Positions 8,160-17,259 of a DNA stretch of 52,967 bases are shown in pieces. The stretch lies in the IMG/VR virus record IMGVR_UViG_3300043683_000021, positions 1-52,967 of that record. The stretch is one strand, 5' to 3'. This DNA comes from a virus (lineage: Duplodnaviria; Caudoviricetes). The notes below the pieces were generated by a model. The model saw only the letters and a program-made list of their open reading frames with translations. It did no database searches and had not been told where the DNA came from. Each line of letters opens with the position of its first letter. Positions within the stretch are counted from its first letter, which is position 1. The position numbers and the translations under genes are program-made.

Positions 8160-8575
8160 CGGCGCACCTTCACCCGGCGCGTATCGAGACGCAGCCGTGG
8201 CTTCCCCGCGAACGCCTTTGCGTACGACGCGGGGTAGACTTGGACGTCGCAGTTGAGCTGCAGGCGCGAGGAGGCGACCTTCGACTGCTTCACGCAGTCA
8301 TCCGACCACCGCCAGCGCACATCCGTCCACTTCCCGGTGCGTCCCTCATCGACCCACGCCTTGGGATCGCCGTAGCGCGTTGCGAAGTCCGCATCGCTCA
8401 GCGTGATTCGGAAATCCCAATCGCGCGGCTTCTCATTCGCGTCCATGAGCGCCGAGCCGACGAGATACACGGGCACGCCGTACAATCCGCGCAACCCGTT
8501 CGCCTCCATACGCAGCCGCTGCATCATGTAGCGATGGCTCTGGAAGCCGCCTTTTAGCTTGAGCTTCATCGTCAC
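8156..8575 (-). CDS. Minimal Pol-beta-superfamily nucleotidyltransferase
   Basis: VYLVGSAL....PRDWDFRI matches the hG[S]x(7-13)DhD signature; a third Asp is in CDVQV. Confidence 0.75.
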   Translation of the reverse strand: MTMKLKLKGGFQSHRYMMQRLRMEANGLRGLYGVPVYLVGSALMDANEKPRDWDFRITLSDADFATRYGDPKAWVDEGRTGKWTDVRWRWSDDCVKQSKVASSRLQLNCDVQVYPASYAKAFAGKPRLRLDTRRVKVRR

Positions 8576-10431
8576 ACCCCCGCGCGCGGGCCGAGCCGCG
8601 AGCTACCGTCGGGACGCGAGCCGATATCGGTCGACGCGTCAGTCCCGGTGAGATCGCCGCCGCCGTCCTGATTCGGACCGCCGGCGCCGGACGCGGTGAG
8701 CTTGGGGAACGTCTCGGCTTCCCGCGCCTTCGCTTCCGCCGCGCGTTCGGCCGCGAGCTGCATCGCCTTGAGCCCGGCCTTGGCTGCGACGGGCGTCAAG
8801 AGCGCTTCGGCTTCCTCGAGCGAGATCTTCCCGATGGCCGCGAGCTTCAACCCCGCGATATAGACCTGAAAGTCGGGCGGGAGCGTGATGGAATTCGTCT
8901 CCATCAAGTCCAAGAGCTCGCGCGCCTTCACGTCGGCGATCAGTTGATCGTCGTTCGCCGCCACGCCTTGCCAGCCGACAATCTGTTGCGCCGCGGCGAC
9001 CTTGCCCTCGATCCCCACGGGGACCGCGCGATCGGTGCCCAGGATGCGCTTCTGGAGCCGCTCGATGCCGACGTCGGGGTCACTCGGGAGGAAGTCCGAC
9101 GAGCGCGAGACGGAGAACGCCCACCAGTGGCGAGCCTCGGTCGGATGGAGGATCTGCGCAATGCGCCAGGCGCACGCGGCCTCGGCGTCGTCGATCGCCT
9201 GTTTGGTGAGATTGAGGAACGCGCCCGCGCCTTTCGCGACGTCTTGCCGGGCCTCGGTAGCCGTGCGCTGCTTCGCGCTCTCGCCGTACGACTGGTGGGC
9301 GGTGTTGAAGAACTCCTCGACCTTTTGCTTCAGCACCTCGCTCGACACCGTCGCTGACTCGACCCCCGGCGCGATGTACTCGTTCGGGTGTTTCTGCTCG
9401 TTCGTCTGATGAAGCGTATTCGAGCCGGCGGAGATGCTCGCGCAGTTGGTCTGATACTCATCCCGCGTGCCGCCCAGATTGAGCTTCGGGAAGTTGGCGG
9501 TCCGCAAGATCGCATCGCGCGCGGATTCCTGATTGAAGATCGCGAGCTGCTTCCGCGCCCAGAGGTAGCCCACGTCACGCTTCATCGGGAGCTTGACGCG
9601 GAAGATCGGCAACGCCGGGTCGCCACGTGGCGATTTGAAGGCGTAGCTGCCGTAGTCGAGATCCTGGACGCCCCGATTGCTCGCATCCAGTGCGATGACG
9701 GTGCCGGGCAAGGCAGGCTGGGACGCCCGCTTCTCGAGCTGGTAGCGCTGGTAGCCGTCGAGCCGGTAGTGCATGAACTGCCGGACGACGAGATCGGGAT
9801 CGTCGGTGAGCGACATGCGCGCGTCGACGTCCTCTTCCACCAGCACTTCCACGATCTGGCCGTCTTTGACGCGCCAGTTCGGGACCGCCAAGGGCGGGAT
9901 CGTCTTCACCATTGGCGCGCCGGTCGGGCTCGTGAAGCAGAGCAGCCAATCCTGGTGCACGACGCAGAGGTCGATCAGGAGCTGCTTGAACACCATGAGC
10001 CAGCCGTCGCCCTCGGGGTTCGCGTGGCGCCAGAGCTGGCCGAAGGTCGAGCTGGGGTCGTCGGCATCGCCCAGCCCGAAGCCGTCCTCGTCGACGGTGA
10101 CGCGCGTCGCCTCGTCCTCGACCGCGAAGAGCATCCCGGCTAACCCGTCGACGACCGTCGCGAAGTGGTTCGTGAAGTCGACCGTGCGCATCCGCTCTTC
10201 GAAGGCGCGGTCATGCTCGCCGGTCGCGCGCTGGACGAGATAGCGGGGGAGCTTGAGCGGGTCCATGATGTCGCCCGAATAGACATCGGTCGCGACGATC
10301 CATTTGGGCTTGCCCTTCGTGAACTCGGGATGCTCGCGCTCGAGCCACGTCCGCTGCGCGTCGGGGCCAGAGCCGCTCGCCGAGGCCGCCATCCCGCTAG
10401 TCGTCTGTGACGGGGCGATCGAAGTGGCCAC
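8572..10431 (-). CDS. Portal protein (DUF4055-like)
   Basis: About 619 aa from GTG 10431 (GGGAG SD) directly after terL; HPEF...W, YL.....E...FEER...F.N pattern; RTATEARQD motif. Confidence 0.85.
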   Translation of the reverse strand: MATSIAPSQTTSGMAASASGSGPDAQRTWLEREHPEFTKGKPKWIVATDVYSGDIMDPLKLPRYLVQRATGEHDRAFEERMRTVDFTNHFATVVDGLAGMLFAVEDEATRVTVDEDGFGLGDADDPSSTFGQLWRHANPEGDGWLMVFKQLLIDLCVVHQDWLLCFTSPTGAPMVKTIPPLAVPNWRVKDGQIVEVLVEEDVDARMSLTDDPDLVVRQFMHYRLDGYQRYQLEKRASQPALPGTVIALDASNRGVQDLDYGSYAFKSPRGDPALPIFRVKLPMKRDVGYLWARKQLAIFNQESARDAILRTANFPKLNLGGTRDEYQTNCASISAGSNTLHQTNEQKHPNEYIAPGVESATVSSEVLKQKVEEFFNTAHQSYGESAKQRTATEARQDVAKGAGAFLNLTKQAIDDAEAACAWRIAQILHPTEARHWWAFSVSRSSDFLPSDPDVGIERLQKRILGTDRAVPVGIEGKVAAAQQIVGWQGVAANDDQLIADVKARELLDLMETNSITLPPDFQVYIAGLKLAAIGKISLEEAEALLTPVAAKAGLKAMQLAAERAAEAKAREAETFPKLTASGAGGPNQDGGGDLTGTDASTDIGSRPDGSSRLGPRAGV

Positions 10432-10469
10432 GCGGCTCTCCCGAAGAACGATCCTGATAGCGGTGCATG

Positions 10470-10543
10470 AAAACAGAAACGCGGCCACAGTCCCCTCGAG
10501 AGAGGGAAGTGCGGCCGCGGTGAAGCGAACCATTCCGAATTGT
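10470..10543 (-). promoter_or_regulatory. Conserved late leader element, copy 2 (before portal)
   Basis: Minus strand: ACAATTCGGAATGGTTCGCTTCACC-GCGGCCGCACTTCCCTC-TCTC-GAGGGGACTGTGGCCGC-GTTTCTGTTTT. Confidence 0.85.
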
Positions 10544-10579
10544 TAGCGCCTTGAACCTATAAGCTCACGGCGCGGAAAT

Positions 10580-11956
10580 CTATAGCGGTAACAGCATCGC
10601 CGAGCCCTGCGCGTTCCGGGCGCCCGACTGCCGGCATTCGATCGCTAGCGCGAGCGCGTTCACGCAGTCGTCGTGCATCTCGTCCGGCGCCGAGTACTTC
10701 ACGCGTCGCGTCGCCGGGGAGTACTGATATTCGAACGCATCCAGCTCGCCACGGAGCACGGCCCCGAACAACGACACTTCGCGATGCTGCAGCGCGACCG
10801 TCAAGCGCTCCATCAGATGTTGCTTGCTCGTCGCAGTATATACGATGCCGCGAAGGTTGGGGCAACTTGTGGTCAACGTGCCGATCGCCTGTTGGCGCGC
10901 CGCTGCCTCGGCCTGCTGCTGCGCGTAGTACGCCTGCGTGCGTGCCGCGGCGGTGCTGCCGAGTGCGGGCTCTTCGCGCGGCCGCTCGAGCGGCTCGACG
11001 TCGCCCGACTGCAGCTCCTCCAAGATCGGATCGCCGACGCCGGTCGAGTCCATGAGGCCGTACGCGCTGCCGACGAGCTGCCGCGCCACCGCGATCGTCT
11101 CGCGCCACGGCTTCTGGAAGCGCACGAACCGGCACATGCGCCCGCCCGCGTCGAGCGCGATCAGCACCGTCCAATCGGTGTACTTGGCGACGTCGACGCC
11201 CCAATAGACCGGCGTCCCGCGCGTCGCGAACCCGTGCGGGAGCGGGACGAGCTCGGACTCGGGGATGTTGAAGCACTGCGCGATCGCTTGGAGCCCGAAC
11301 GGGTTCCCGGCGTCGGCGGCGGGGATCCCGCGATACTCCTGATTGAAGACTTCCTCGGGGAGATCGAGCCGCGCGTCCTCGATCTCTTTCGGATCGATGA
11401 ACGGGTTGTCGATCGTCCCGAAGCGCCATGACTTCCAGCGCGGGCGCTCGCCCTGGCCCCGCACGTAGAGGTTGTGGAAGTAGCCGCCGCCTTTGGGCGT
11501 GCCCAAGAACCACGCGTCGCCTTTCAAGTCGGAGAGCGTCGCGCGAATCGCTTCCTCCCACGACGCGCGGAGGGTACGCGCTTTCCCGGCCTCGTCGATG
11601 ATCACGCGCCCGTATTTCCGCGAGCGGCCCGCGTCGGGGTCGATCATCGTCCAGCACTCGATCACGCCACCGCCCAGGAGCTCGAGCCGATGTTCGCGCT
11701 CGTCGCGGTGCGTGATCACTTCACGGAGAATTTCTTTGAGGTTCCGCCACGCTTCGGAGAGGTACTTATTCGACGGCGCGAACCAGCCAACCGGCCGGCC
11801 GTCGAGCGCGCTCTCCGTCGCTAAGTCTTTCCCGAGTGCCGTCTTCCCGAAGCGGCGACCGCATTCCAGCACGTTGAAGCGCGCCGACTCCTGGACGACT
11901 TGCACCTGTCCGGGATGACGGGCGGGCAGGCGCACCGCATGTTCGACGACCGTCAC
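10580..11956 (-). CDS. terL: Terminase large subunit
   Basis: Walker A CGRRFGKT, Walker B VIIDEAG, motif III GTPKG, nuclease motifs GVDVAK..D and HDDCVNALALA. Confidence 0.95.
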   Translation of the reverse strand: MTVVEHAVRLPARHPGQVQVVQESARFNVLECGRRFGKTALGKDLATESALDGRPVGWFAPSNKYLSEAWRNLKEILREVITHRDEREHRLELLGGGVIECWTMIDPDAGRSRKYGRVIIDEAGKARTLRASWEEAIRATLSDLKGDAWFLGTPKGGGYFHNLYVRGQGERPRWKSWRFGTIDNPFIDPKEIEDARLDLPEEVFNQEYRGIPAADAGNPFGLQAIAQCFNIPESELVPLPHGFATRGTPVYWGVDVAKYTDWTVLIALDAGGRMCRFVRFQKPWRETIAVARQLVGSAYGLMDSTGVGDPILEELQSGDVEPLERPREEPALGSTAAARTQAYYAQQQAEAAARQQAIGTLTTSCPNLRGIVYTATSKQHLMERLTVALQHREVSLFGAVLRGELDAFEYQYSPATRRVKYSAPDEMHDDCVNALALAIECRQSGARNAQGSAMLLPL

Positions 11957-12528
11957 GGTTCATCGTCGTCATCGTGCACGGGCGGGACGAATGGCTCGCG
12001 TACGACGCGGACGATGTGCTCGATCGGCTTTCCGTCCTTGCCTGAGATTTCCCCGCGTTCGGTGACGAGTCCGACGTGCGGCATGAGCATGCGGAGCGCG
12101 GCGTTCTTGTCCCACAGCTTGAAGTCGACCGAAAGCTCCTTACCGCTCTTCTTCCGCTTGATCGCAGCCACCGCGCGCGCAGCCGATGACGGTGCGCCGG
12201 CGGTCAAGCGCATCTGCCCCTGGAAGTTGGCCGCGTAGTCCCGAGTATCCGAGAACGCGAGCACGGCCAGCTCCGCCAACACGCGATCGGCGGTAATGCC
12301 GGTGCGCGCGCTCCGCTCGGCCTTGAGCTGTGCAACGTAGGCCGCGATGTTCGGCTGCGTGAGCAGATGCGACGCTTGGAACTTCGCGGTCTTCGGCGAG
12401 TAGCCGGCGCGGATCGCGGCGCGCGCACCGCAGAGGTCCACGATGAACTCTTCGCAGAACCGTTCCTGCTGCTGCGTCAGGGGCTTCTCCGCTGCTTCGG
12501 TTGTCGCGTCGCCCGTCTCGTCAGCCAT
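11953..12528 (-). CDS. terS: Terminase small subunit
   Basis: LTQQQERFCEEFIVDLCGARAAIRAGYSPKTA...ITADRVLAELA...KLWDKNAALRML is the Terminase_2-type pattern. Confidence 0.95.
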   Translation of the reverse strand: MADETGDATTEAAEKPLTQQQERFCEEFIVDLCGARAAIRAGYSPKTAKFQASHLLTQPNIAAYVAQLKAERSARTGITADRVLAELAVLAFSDTRDYAANFQGQMRLTAGAPSSAARAVAAIKRKKSGKELSVDFKLWDKNAALRMLMPHVGLVTERGEISGKDGKPIEHIVRVVREPFVPPVHDDDDEP

Positions 12529-12536
12529 CGCCAGTT

Positions 12537-12603
12537 ATGAAAAAGCGGCCCCTCGGGAGTGATTCCGAAGGGCCGCGGTGAAGCGCGCCAAAGCTTGAGT
12601 TGT
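12537..12603 (-). promoter_or_regulatory. Conserved late leader element, copy 3 (before terS)
   Basis: Minus strand: ACAACTCAAGCTTTGGCGCGCTTCACC-GCGGCCCTTCGG..CCGAGGGGCCGC-TTTTTCAT, ending 9 nt before the terS ATG. Confidence 0.85.
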
Positions 12604-12606
12604 CTA

Positions 12607-12705
12607 TGCAGGAGCTTCGCGAACGACGGGCGGTTGCATTCAGTCCGTGCCCCGGAGCGCAACCACCCCGGACGTGCCTGACGCCCGCCGCCGCGAAGTC
12701 CTACA
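12607..12705 (-). ncRNA. Putative ~100-nt structured RNA (long irregular hairpin)
   Basis: Nested pairings on the - strand: TGTAGGA/TCCTGCA, CTTCGCG/CGCGAAG, GCGGCGGGCG/CGCCCGTCGT, TCAG/CTGA, CCGGGGTG/CGCTCCGG; the G-U pairs favour the - strand. Confidence 0.55.
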
Positions 12706-12724
12706 TCCTACTGACGATCCAAGC

Positions 12725-13096
12725 CTACGCTGCCACTCCGCGCGGGCGCACCGGGAAGGCGGGCATCCCGAAATAGATCATCGTTTCCACGACGTTCCGG
12801 TGTTGCTTGATCGCCTGAATATCGTGGATGTCCACTTCCGCGAGGAACAGGAGCCCCGCCTGCCAGGTGAAGAGGGCGTAGAGGAGCACGCCGCATTTAC
12901 ACCGGAACGTGTCCTGCACGATCGCAATGGCGCCATCTTTAATGTTGTGGCCGCGCGGACACTGAATCTCCGTGACCGCGAGGAAGCCTTTGGTGCGCAC
13001 GCCGTGCACGAAGCGCCCGCTCTCACGCACGAGCGGTGTTGCGCGCGTGTCTAAGACGCGCGGACCATCCTCCGGACAATCGCGAGACGCCAGCAT
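12725..13096 (-). CDS. Zn-finger protein, candidate late regulator
   Basis: IQCPRGH...FRCKCG putative Zn ligands; last gene before terS and has its own promoter. Confidence 0.55.
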   Translation of the reverse strand: MLASRDCPEDGPRVLDTRATPLVRESGRFVHGVRTKGFLAVTEIQCPRGHNIKDGAIAIVQDTFRCKCGVLLYALFTWQAGLLFLAEVDIHDIQAIKQHRNVVETMIYFGMPAFPVRPRGVAA

Positions 13097-13133
13097 TCAC
13101 CAGTGGTCAACGTGAAGCGGTACACACGAAGAG

Positions 13134-13162
13134 ACGTTAATACCGCCGCGCTCGTCACGCAA
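13134..13162 (-). promoter_or_regulatory. Sigma70-like promoter (candidate late promoter)
   Basis: TTGCGT-N17-TAACGT on the - strand in the gap between the early operon and the Zn-finger gene. Confidence 0.55.
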
Positions 13163-13176
13163 TTAAGGGCAGAGTG

Positions 13177-14145
13177 CTACGAAGTGGGCTTTCCCGGCGG
13201 TAGCAATGCGGCGATCCGCGCGGAGAGCTTCCGAAGCTGCGCAGCTTCCTCGTCTTGCGATTCGTTGTGCTCGTCCGAGTGCAGCATGACCAACGCCGCG
13301 AACTCGAGGAGCTCGAGGTCCTCTTGCGTGAAGCCAAAACGAGTGTCGTACAGCGCCAGCGCCGCAATCGCATGACTGCCGCTCGCGATGCCAGGCGTCT
13401 TCGCACCGCGCATCGTGTCTGTCATAAGCGTCCACGCGAGCGACGTCTTTTCGAATTCGTTGCGCTGGATCGCTTCCCATGCGGTCGCTGATGGCGCCGG
13501 CGCAATCTCGCCTCGCTCCTCCGCGCGCTCCCGCTCGAAGCCTTCGACGGCTTCCCGCATCGACTCAGGCATTGGTCACCTTCTTCTTTGCCGTGTCTCG
13601 CGTGAAATACACATCGTGCACCGCGCCGTAAATGCCGACCTCCTGCGTCTGTAACGCGCGCTTCGCTGCTGTGAGGGACCGAAACAGGCGCGCTTTCGCC
13701 GGATCACGGCGCCACCTGCCTTCGTCATCGAGAAACATGGTCACGCGATTCTTTCGTTTTCCGACTGAGAAGCCGAGATGGAGTGAGTCAGCCATACTCT
13801 CCCTCGAAAAGAGTGTCCCGAAAGCTACCTGGCCGGGGCGGGCTTGTCTCGCATCGAACGGCGGCGGGGCGGGGCGGATTAGCGCGGTCACTCGTCCGCG
13901 CATTCGACGCAGAGCCTCGCATCGGTGGTGCTGCGCGCGATCATGCCGCCCGCGAGGTACGCGCCACACGTTGCGCAGTACTCACGTTGCGACGCCTTTG
14001 TATGTTCGTGCTCCTGCTCGGCCAGCAAGCCCGCGCGATCCTCCCGCGGTAGTGAATACCACCACGCCAGAAGGTCGGGCGTCTCTTCATCGTCCAACTC
14101 TTCGCGCCACACCTTCCGCGCCAGCTCCTCCACCGTGATGCTCAC
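13177..14145 (-). CDS. Three small hypothetical genes (13888..14145 with CxxC..CxxC, 13565..13891, 13177..13572)
   Basis: Chain of overlapping start/stop codons. Confidence 0.55.
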
Positions 14146-14639
14146 GTCGCCGCCTTCGCGTTCATCTCGACGAGCCGCGCGAAGAGATGGTGTGGGCTAT
14201 TCGTGAGGATGTAGGGGATGTCCGCGGCGATACAGCGCTGCTGAAACTCGTGCTGCTCGTCGCTCTGCACGCCGCCCGTGCTGCGCTTGCACTCGACGAA
14301 CACCAGTCCGTGCGCCGGAGGCTCCGCCGCCTTGAGGCCGGTGAGATCCGGGAACCCCGCATCCTGCGTGCGCTCGGCGTTGTATTGGCCGACGCGCGAG
14401 ACCGTGTACCCGCACAACTCCAGCACTTCGATGCACTCCGTCTGCACTTCACTCTCGAGCTTGTCCTGACCGTCGCTGCGAACCAACTCTTTGAGCGCAG
14501 CGGTCGGCGGTGGTGGTGGCGGCGTGAAGCCCCGCTCCCGGCATCGCGGGCAGATGCCGGATTCGTGGTTCGTCCAGCTCCCGCATCTTGGTGAGGCGCA
14601 GCGGCGGGCGTGGAGGGTGCTGGCGTCGACAGTGGTCAT
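14142..14639 (-). CDS. VRR-NUC domain nuclease with N-terminal Zn finger (probable resolvase)
   Basis: LESEVQ...AGFPDL...LVFVECKRSTGGVQSDEQHEF is the PD-(D/E)xK VRR-NUC signature. Confidence 0.85.
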   Translation of the reverse strand: MTTVDASTLHARRCASPRCGSWTNHESGICPRCRERGFTPPPPPPTAALKELVRSDGQDKLESEVQTECIEVLELCGYTVSRVGQYNAERTQDAGFPDLTGLKAAEPPAHGLVFVECKRSTGGVQSDEQHEFQQRCIAADIPYILTNSPHHLFARLVEMNAKAAT

Positions 14640-16442
14640 TTCGCGCGCACTCTGGCTTCAAGTCCGTTGAGATCCTTTTGCAGCTCCCGCATGCGCTTTC
14701 GGACGCGTCGCATCGTGACGATCACGTAGGCGCTCGACACGATCGTGAGCGCGTTCACCGACCACATGACGAGCAAAATCCAGTTGATCGTGTGCGGCGT
14801 CACAGTGTGGCTCATGATGACGACCCCGCGCTCTTCTGCATGAGTCGCGCGAACGCGTACGCTGAGACGACCGGCCAGTGCCACCAGTGCAGCACGAGCA
14901 GAAAAAGCGCCATCTCAATCACAATGCCGACCACCGCAGCAACGATCGCGAGCACTACGGCGAGAACGGCGGGTGTCGATGGGCGCGGCGAGTAGCGGAT
15001 TTCCATCAGTCCGCCCGCTCCGCGCGCAGCCGCACGACTTGCTGCTCGACCGCGCGATCCGTCTGCGTGTCGTCGTGGCGGCAGAGGCGGTTGATCGCTT
15101 CGACGTATTGCGCCTCGCTCCCGCGGAATCGGATCGCTTCGAGCGACGGCATCTCGTTGCCGCGATCCCACTCGGCGCACGCGCGGAAGCAGAGCTCGAG
15201 GAACTCGGCGCGATCGAGGCCGGCGGCGGTGCGCGGAGGGTCGGGGGTCAAATCCATGTGCGTCATCGTTTCTCCACTCTCAGCACGCCCGGCGCGCTGT
15301 GTATGTGGCAGTTCCCATCGTTGTCCGTGTCGCGTTCGCAGCAGCACCGTCCGATCACGTCGAGAATGCGATTGTAGGTGAGCCGCTGGCTGAAGATCGG
15401 CTGATGCTCCGCGAGTGCTCGCGTGAGTGCACGGCGAAGAGCGACCACCTCGTACTCGGCGAGATGAAGGGTCACGCGCGGATCGTCGCTCATGTCGCGC
15501 CTCCCGCCTTGCGCCGCATGGCTTCGATGATGTGCTGTGCCGCGTGATTGACGTGTATCGCGACTATCTCGCGCGGCAGTGGCGTGAGCAACGAATGCCC
15601 AGCCGCCTCCAAGCGCGCGACTTCGGCGAGGACGGCGCGGATGACGTCACCGTACTTGACGGCCGTATCCAGCAACGATGCTTCCTGCGGTTGACGATAC
15701 ACGTTGTCAGCTTGTGCGTTGATCTGTGAACGCAGAAGGTCGCGCGGCCCGTCGCTGGCACTGATAGCCTTCGTGTATTTGATCTGCTTCCACTCAGGGC
15801 AGACGCGCGAGTGCGGATCCCCAGCGCGAGCGCCGCAAGCGCAGCGCGGCTCTTCGCTAGAGAGGCCGAGCGCGCGCCGCCACGCTACTTCTTCCGCAGC
15901 GCTAAGCGGCTTCACGCGGGGCGGTGCATCGCTCGCCACGCGCTCCGCCGGGATGTCCTCCAACGCGACCGGCGTCGTCGGTGGACCTTCCTTCGCGAGC
16001 GGCTCGGGAATGTCGAGCAACGGCAACCCTTCCTTTGGAAGCGGCGTCGGGGTGCAGGCGAGACAGAGCTTCCGCCGTCCAACCCAGTGATACGCGAACT
16101 GGCGCTTGCACTCCTCGCACATCCCAGCGGCTTCGGTCGCGTTCATGTCGCCTCCTCGTCCCAACCGCACTTGAGGCAGTTCGCGATGTAGCGTGACGTG
16201 ATCAGCGTCGGCAGAATGCGCCATCCGACCTTCACCGAGCCCGTGGGATAGCTGTAGTTCAGCGAGGCGCCGCAATTCGGGCACGGCTTGCCGACGTACG
16301 CGCCCGGCGTGGTATCCTCGGCTTGCATGGCGCTCCTCGGTGGGCCTTCACGGGCGAGAGGCGCGCGCAGATGCTTCGGCATGGACTCGGCGCACGGTCC
16401 ATTGTGCTTGAATCCGCCGCATTTGCATCGCTCGTTGTCCAT
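14636..16442 (-). CDS. Coupled small hypothetical genes (16143..16442, 15490..16146, 15263..15493, 15006..15266, and TM proteins 14812..15006 and 14636..14815)
   Basis: ATGA/TGATG overlaps; several carry CxxC motifs and two have a hydrophobic TM segment. Confidence 0.6.
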
Positions 16443-16447
16443 CGCCC

Positions 16448-17017
16448 TCACTCCCCGATCGAATCGGCGAGCGCGAACGACGACCGCTTGGCGAGGGCGA
16501 GCGGCGTCATGTCTCGAGCGGCCAAGCCTGCGGCGTAGCTCGACTCCGCGATCTCGATCGCGAACGACGCGACGGCCCGCGCGATCGCGGCCGAGAGATC
16601 GGCTTCGCGCTTGCCCTGCCACTTCTCGCCACCATCCAGCGCGTCCGCGCCACGCACACGATCGGCCCGCGACGCCGAATCGCTCGAGACGGCGAACCGA
16701 TGGATCGTCGCGTGAATCGCGTTCTTGACCGTCGCCTCGAGATCGTCGTGCGTGACGAGCGGCAGCTCCTTCTGCTCCCGGAAGAGCGGCAAGATGATCT
16801 CGCGAATCGCGCCCACGTCGCCGTCGATCGTGCGCGCCTCCGCGAAGTAGCCCTCCTCCTTCGTCTTCTTCGAGAGCTTCTCGAGATCCTCGGCGCGATG
16901 CTCGAGCGCCGTCGTGGTAAGCGAGAAATCCCGCGCGGTGCGGAGCTTCACGGGCGTGGGCGCGCCGGCGGCGGTGGCACGGGCGGGCGAGTCGGCAAGA
17001 CCAAGGGCGGCGTTCAT
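16448..17017 (-). CDS. Hypothetical helical protein
   Basis: 189 aa from ATG 17017 with GGAG SD; codon usage matches the genome. Confidence 0.7.
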   Translation of the reverse strand: MNAALGLADSPARATAAGAPTPVKLRTARDFSLTTTALEHRAEDLEKLSKKTKEEGYFAEARTIDGDVGAIREIILPLFREQKELPLVTHDDLEATVKNAIHATIHRFAVSSDSASRADRVRGADALDGGEKWQGKREADLSAAIARAVASFAIEIAESSYAAGLAARDMTPLALAKRSSFALADSIGE

Positions 17018-17129
17018 GAGAATCTCCGGCTGGGGTTGGGGATTGTTGTGCGAGAGGAGGCGCTGTTGCACGTGAAACAATTAGGAGCGAAACGAGACGA
17101 AAGACCTCTGAATCCGTCCGGTCCTTCGG

Positions 17130-17259
17130 CCACCACAACCCCCCTTTCAGGGGGTTGTGTGGTGTGCAGAAATGGACAAAATGCATTTTGCACCGTGTCC
17201 GCACCGTGTCCCACGCGTGGTAGTACCGTGTCCGGTGAGTTAATCACTCGGGACACGGG
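17130..17259. repeat. Putative replication origin (iterons and palindromes)
   Basis: ACCGTGTCC at 17192, 17203 and 17225, inverted GGACACGG at 17251, palindrome CAAAATGCATTTTG, hairpin CACAACCCCC..GGGGGTTGTG; at the 3' end of the primase-helicase gene. Confidence 0.6.

Noticed and set aside
10432-10533. N-terminal extensions in the ORF track for portal (also scaffold, 38191..38553, int, recT and tail hub)
   Set aside because: They run through the leader hairpins or upstream genes; downstream starts with SD or coupled overlaps fit better.
10850-11020. Intein in TerL
   Set aside because: Too short, with no N-terminal C/S block and no HN-C/S/T end.
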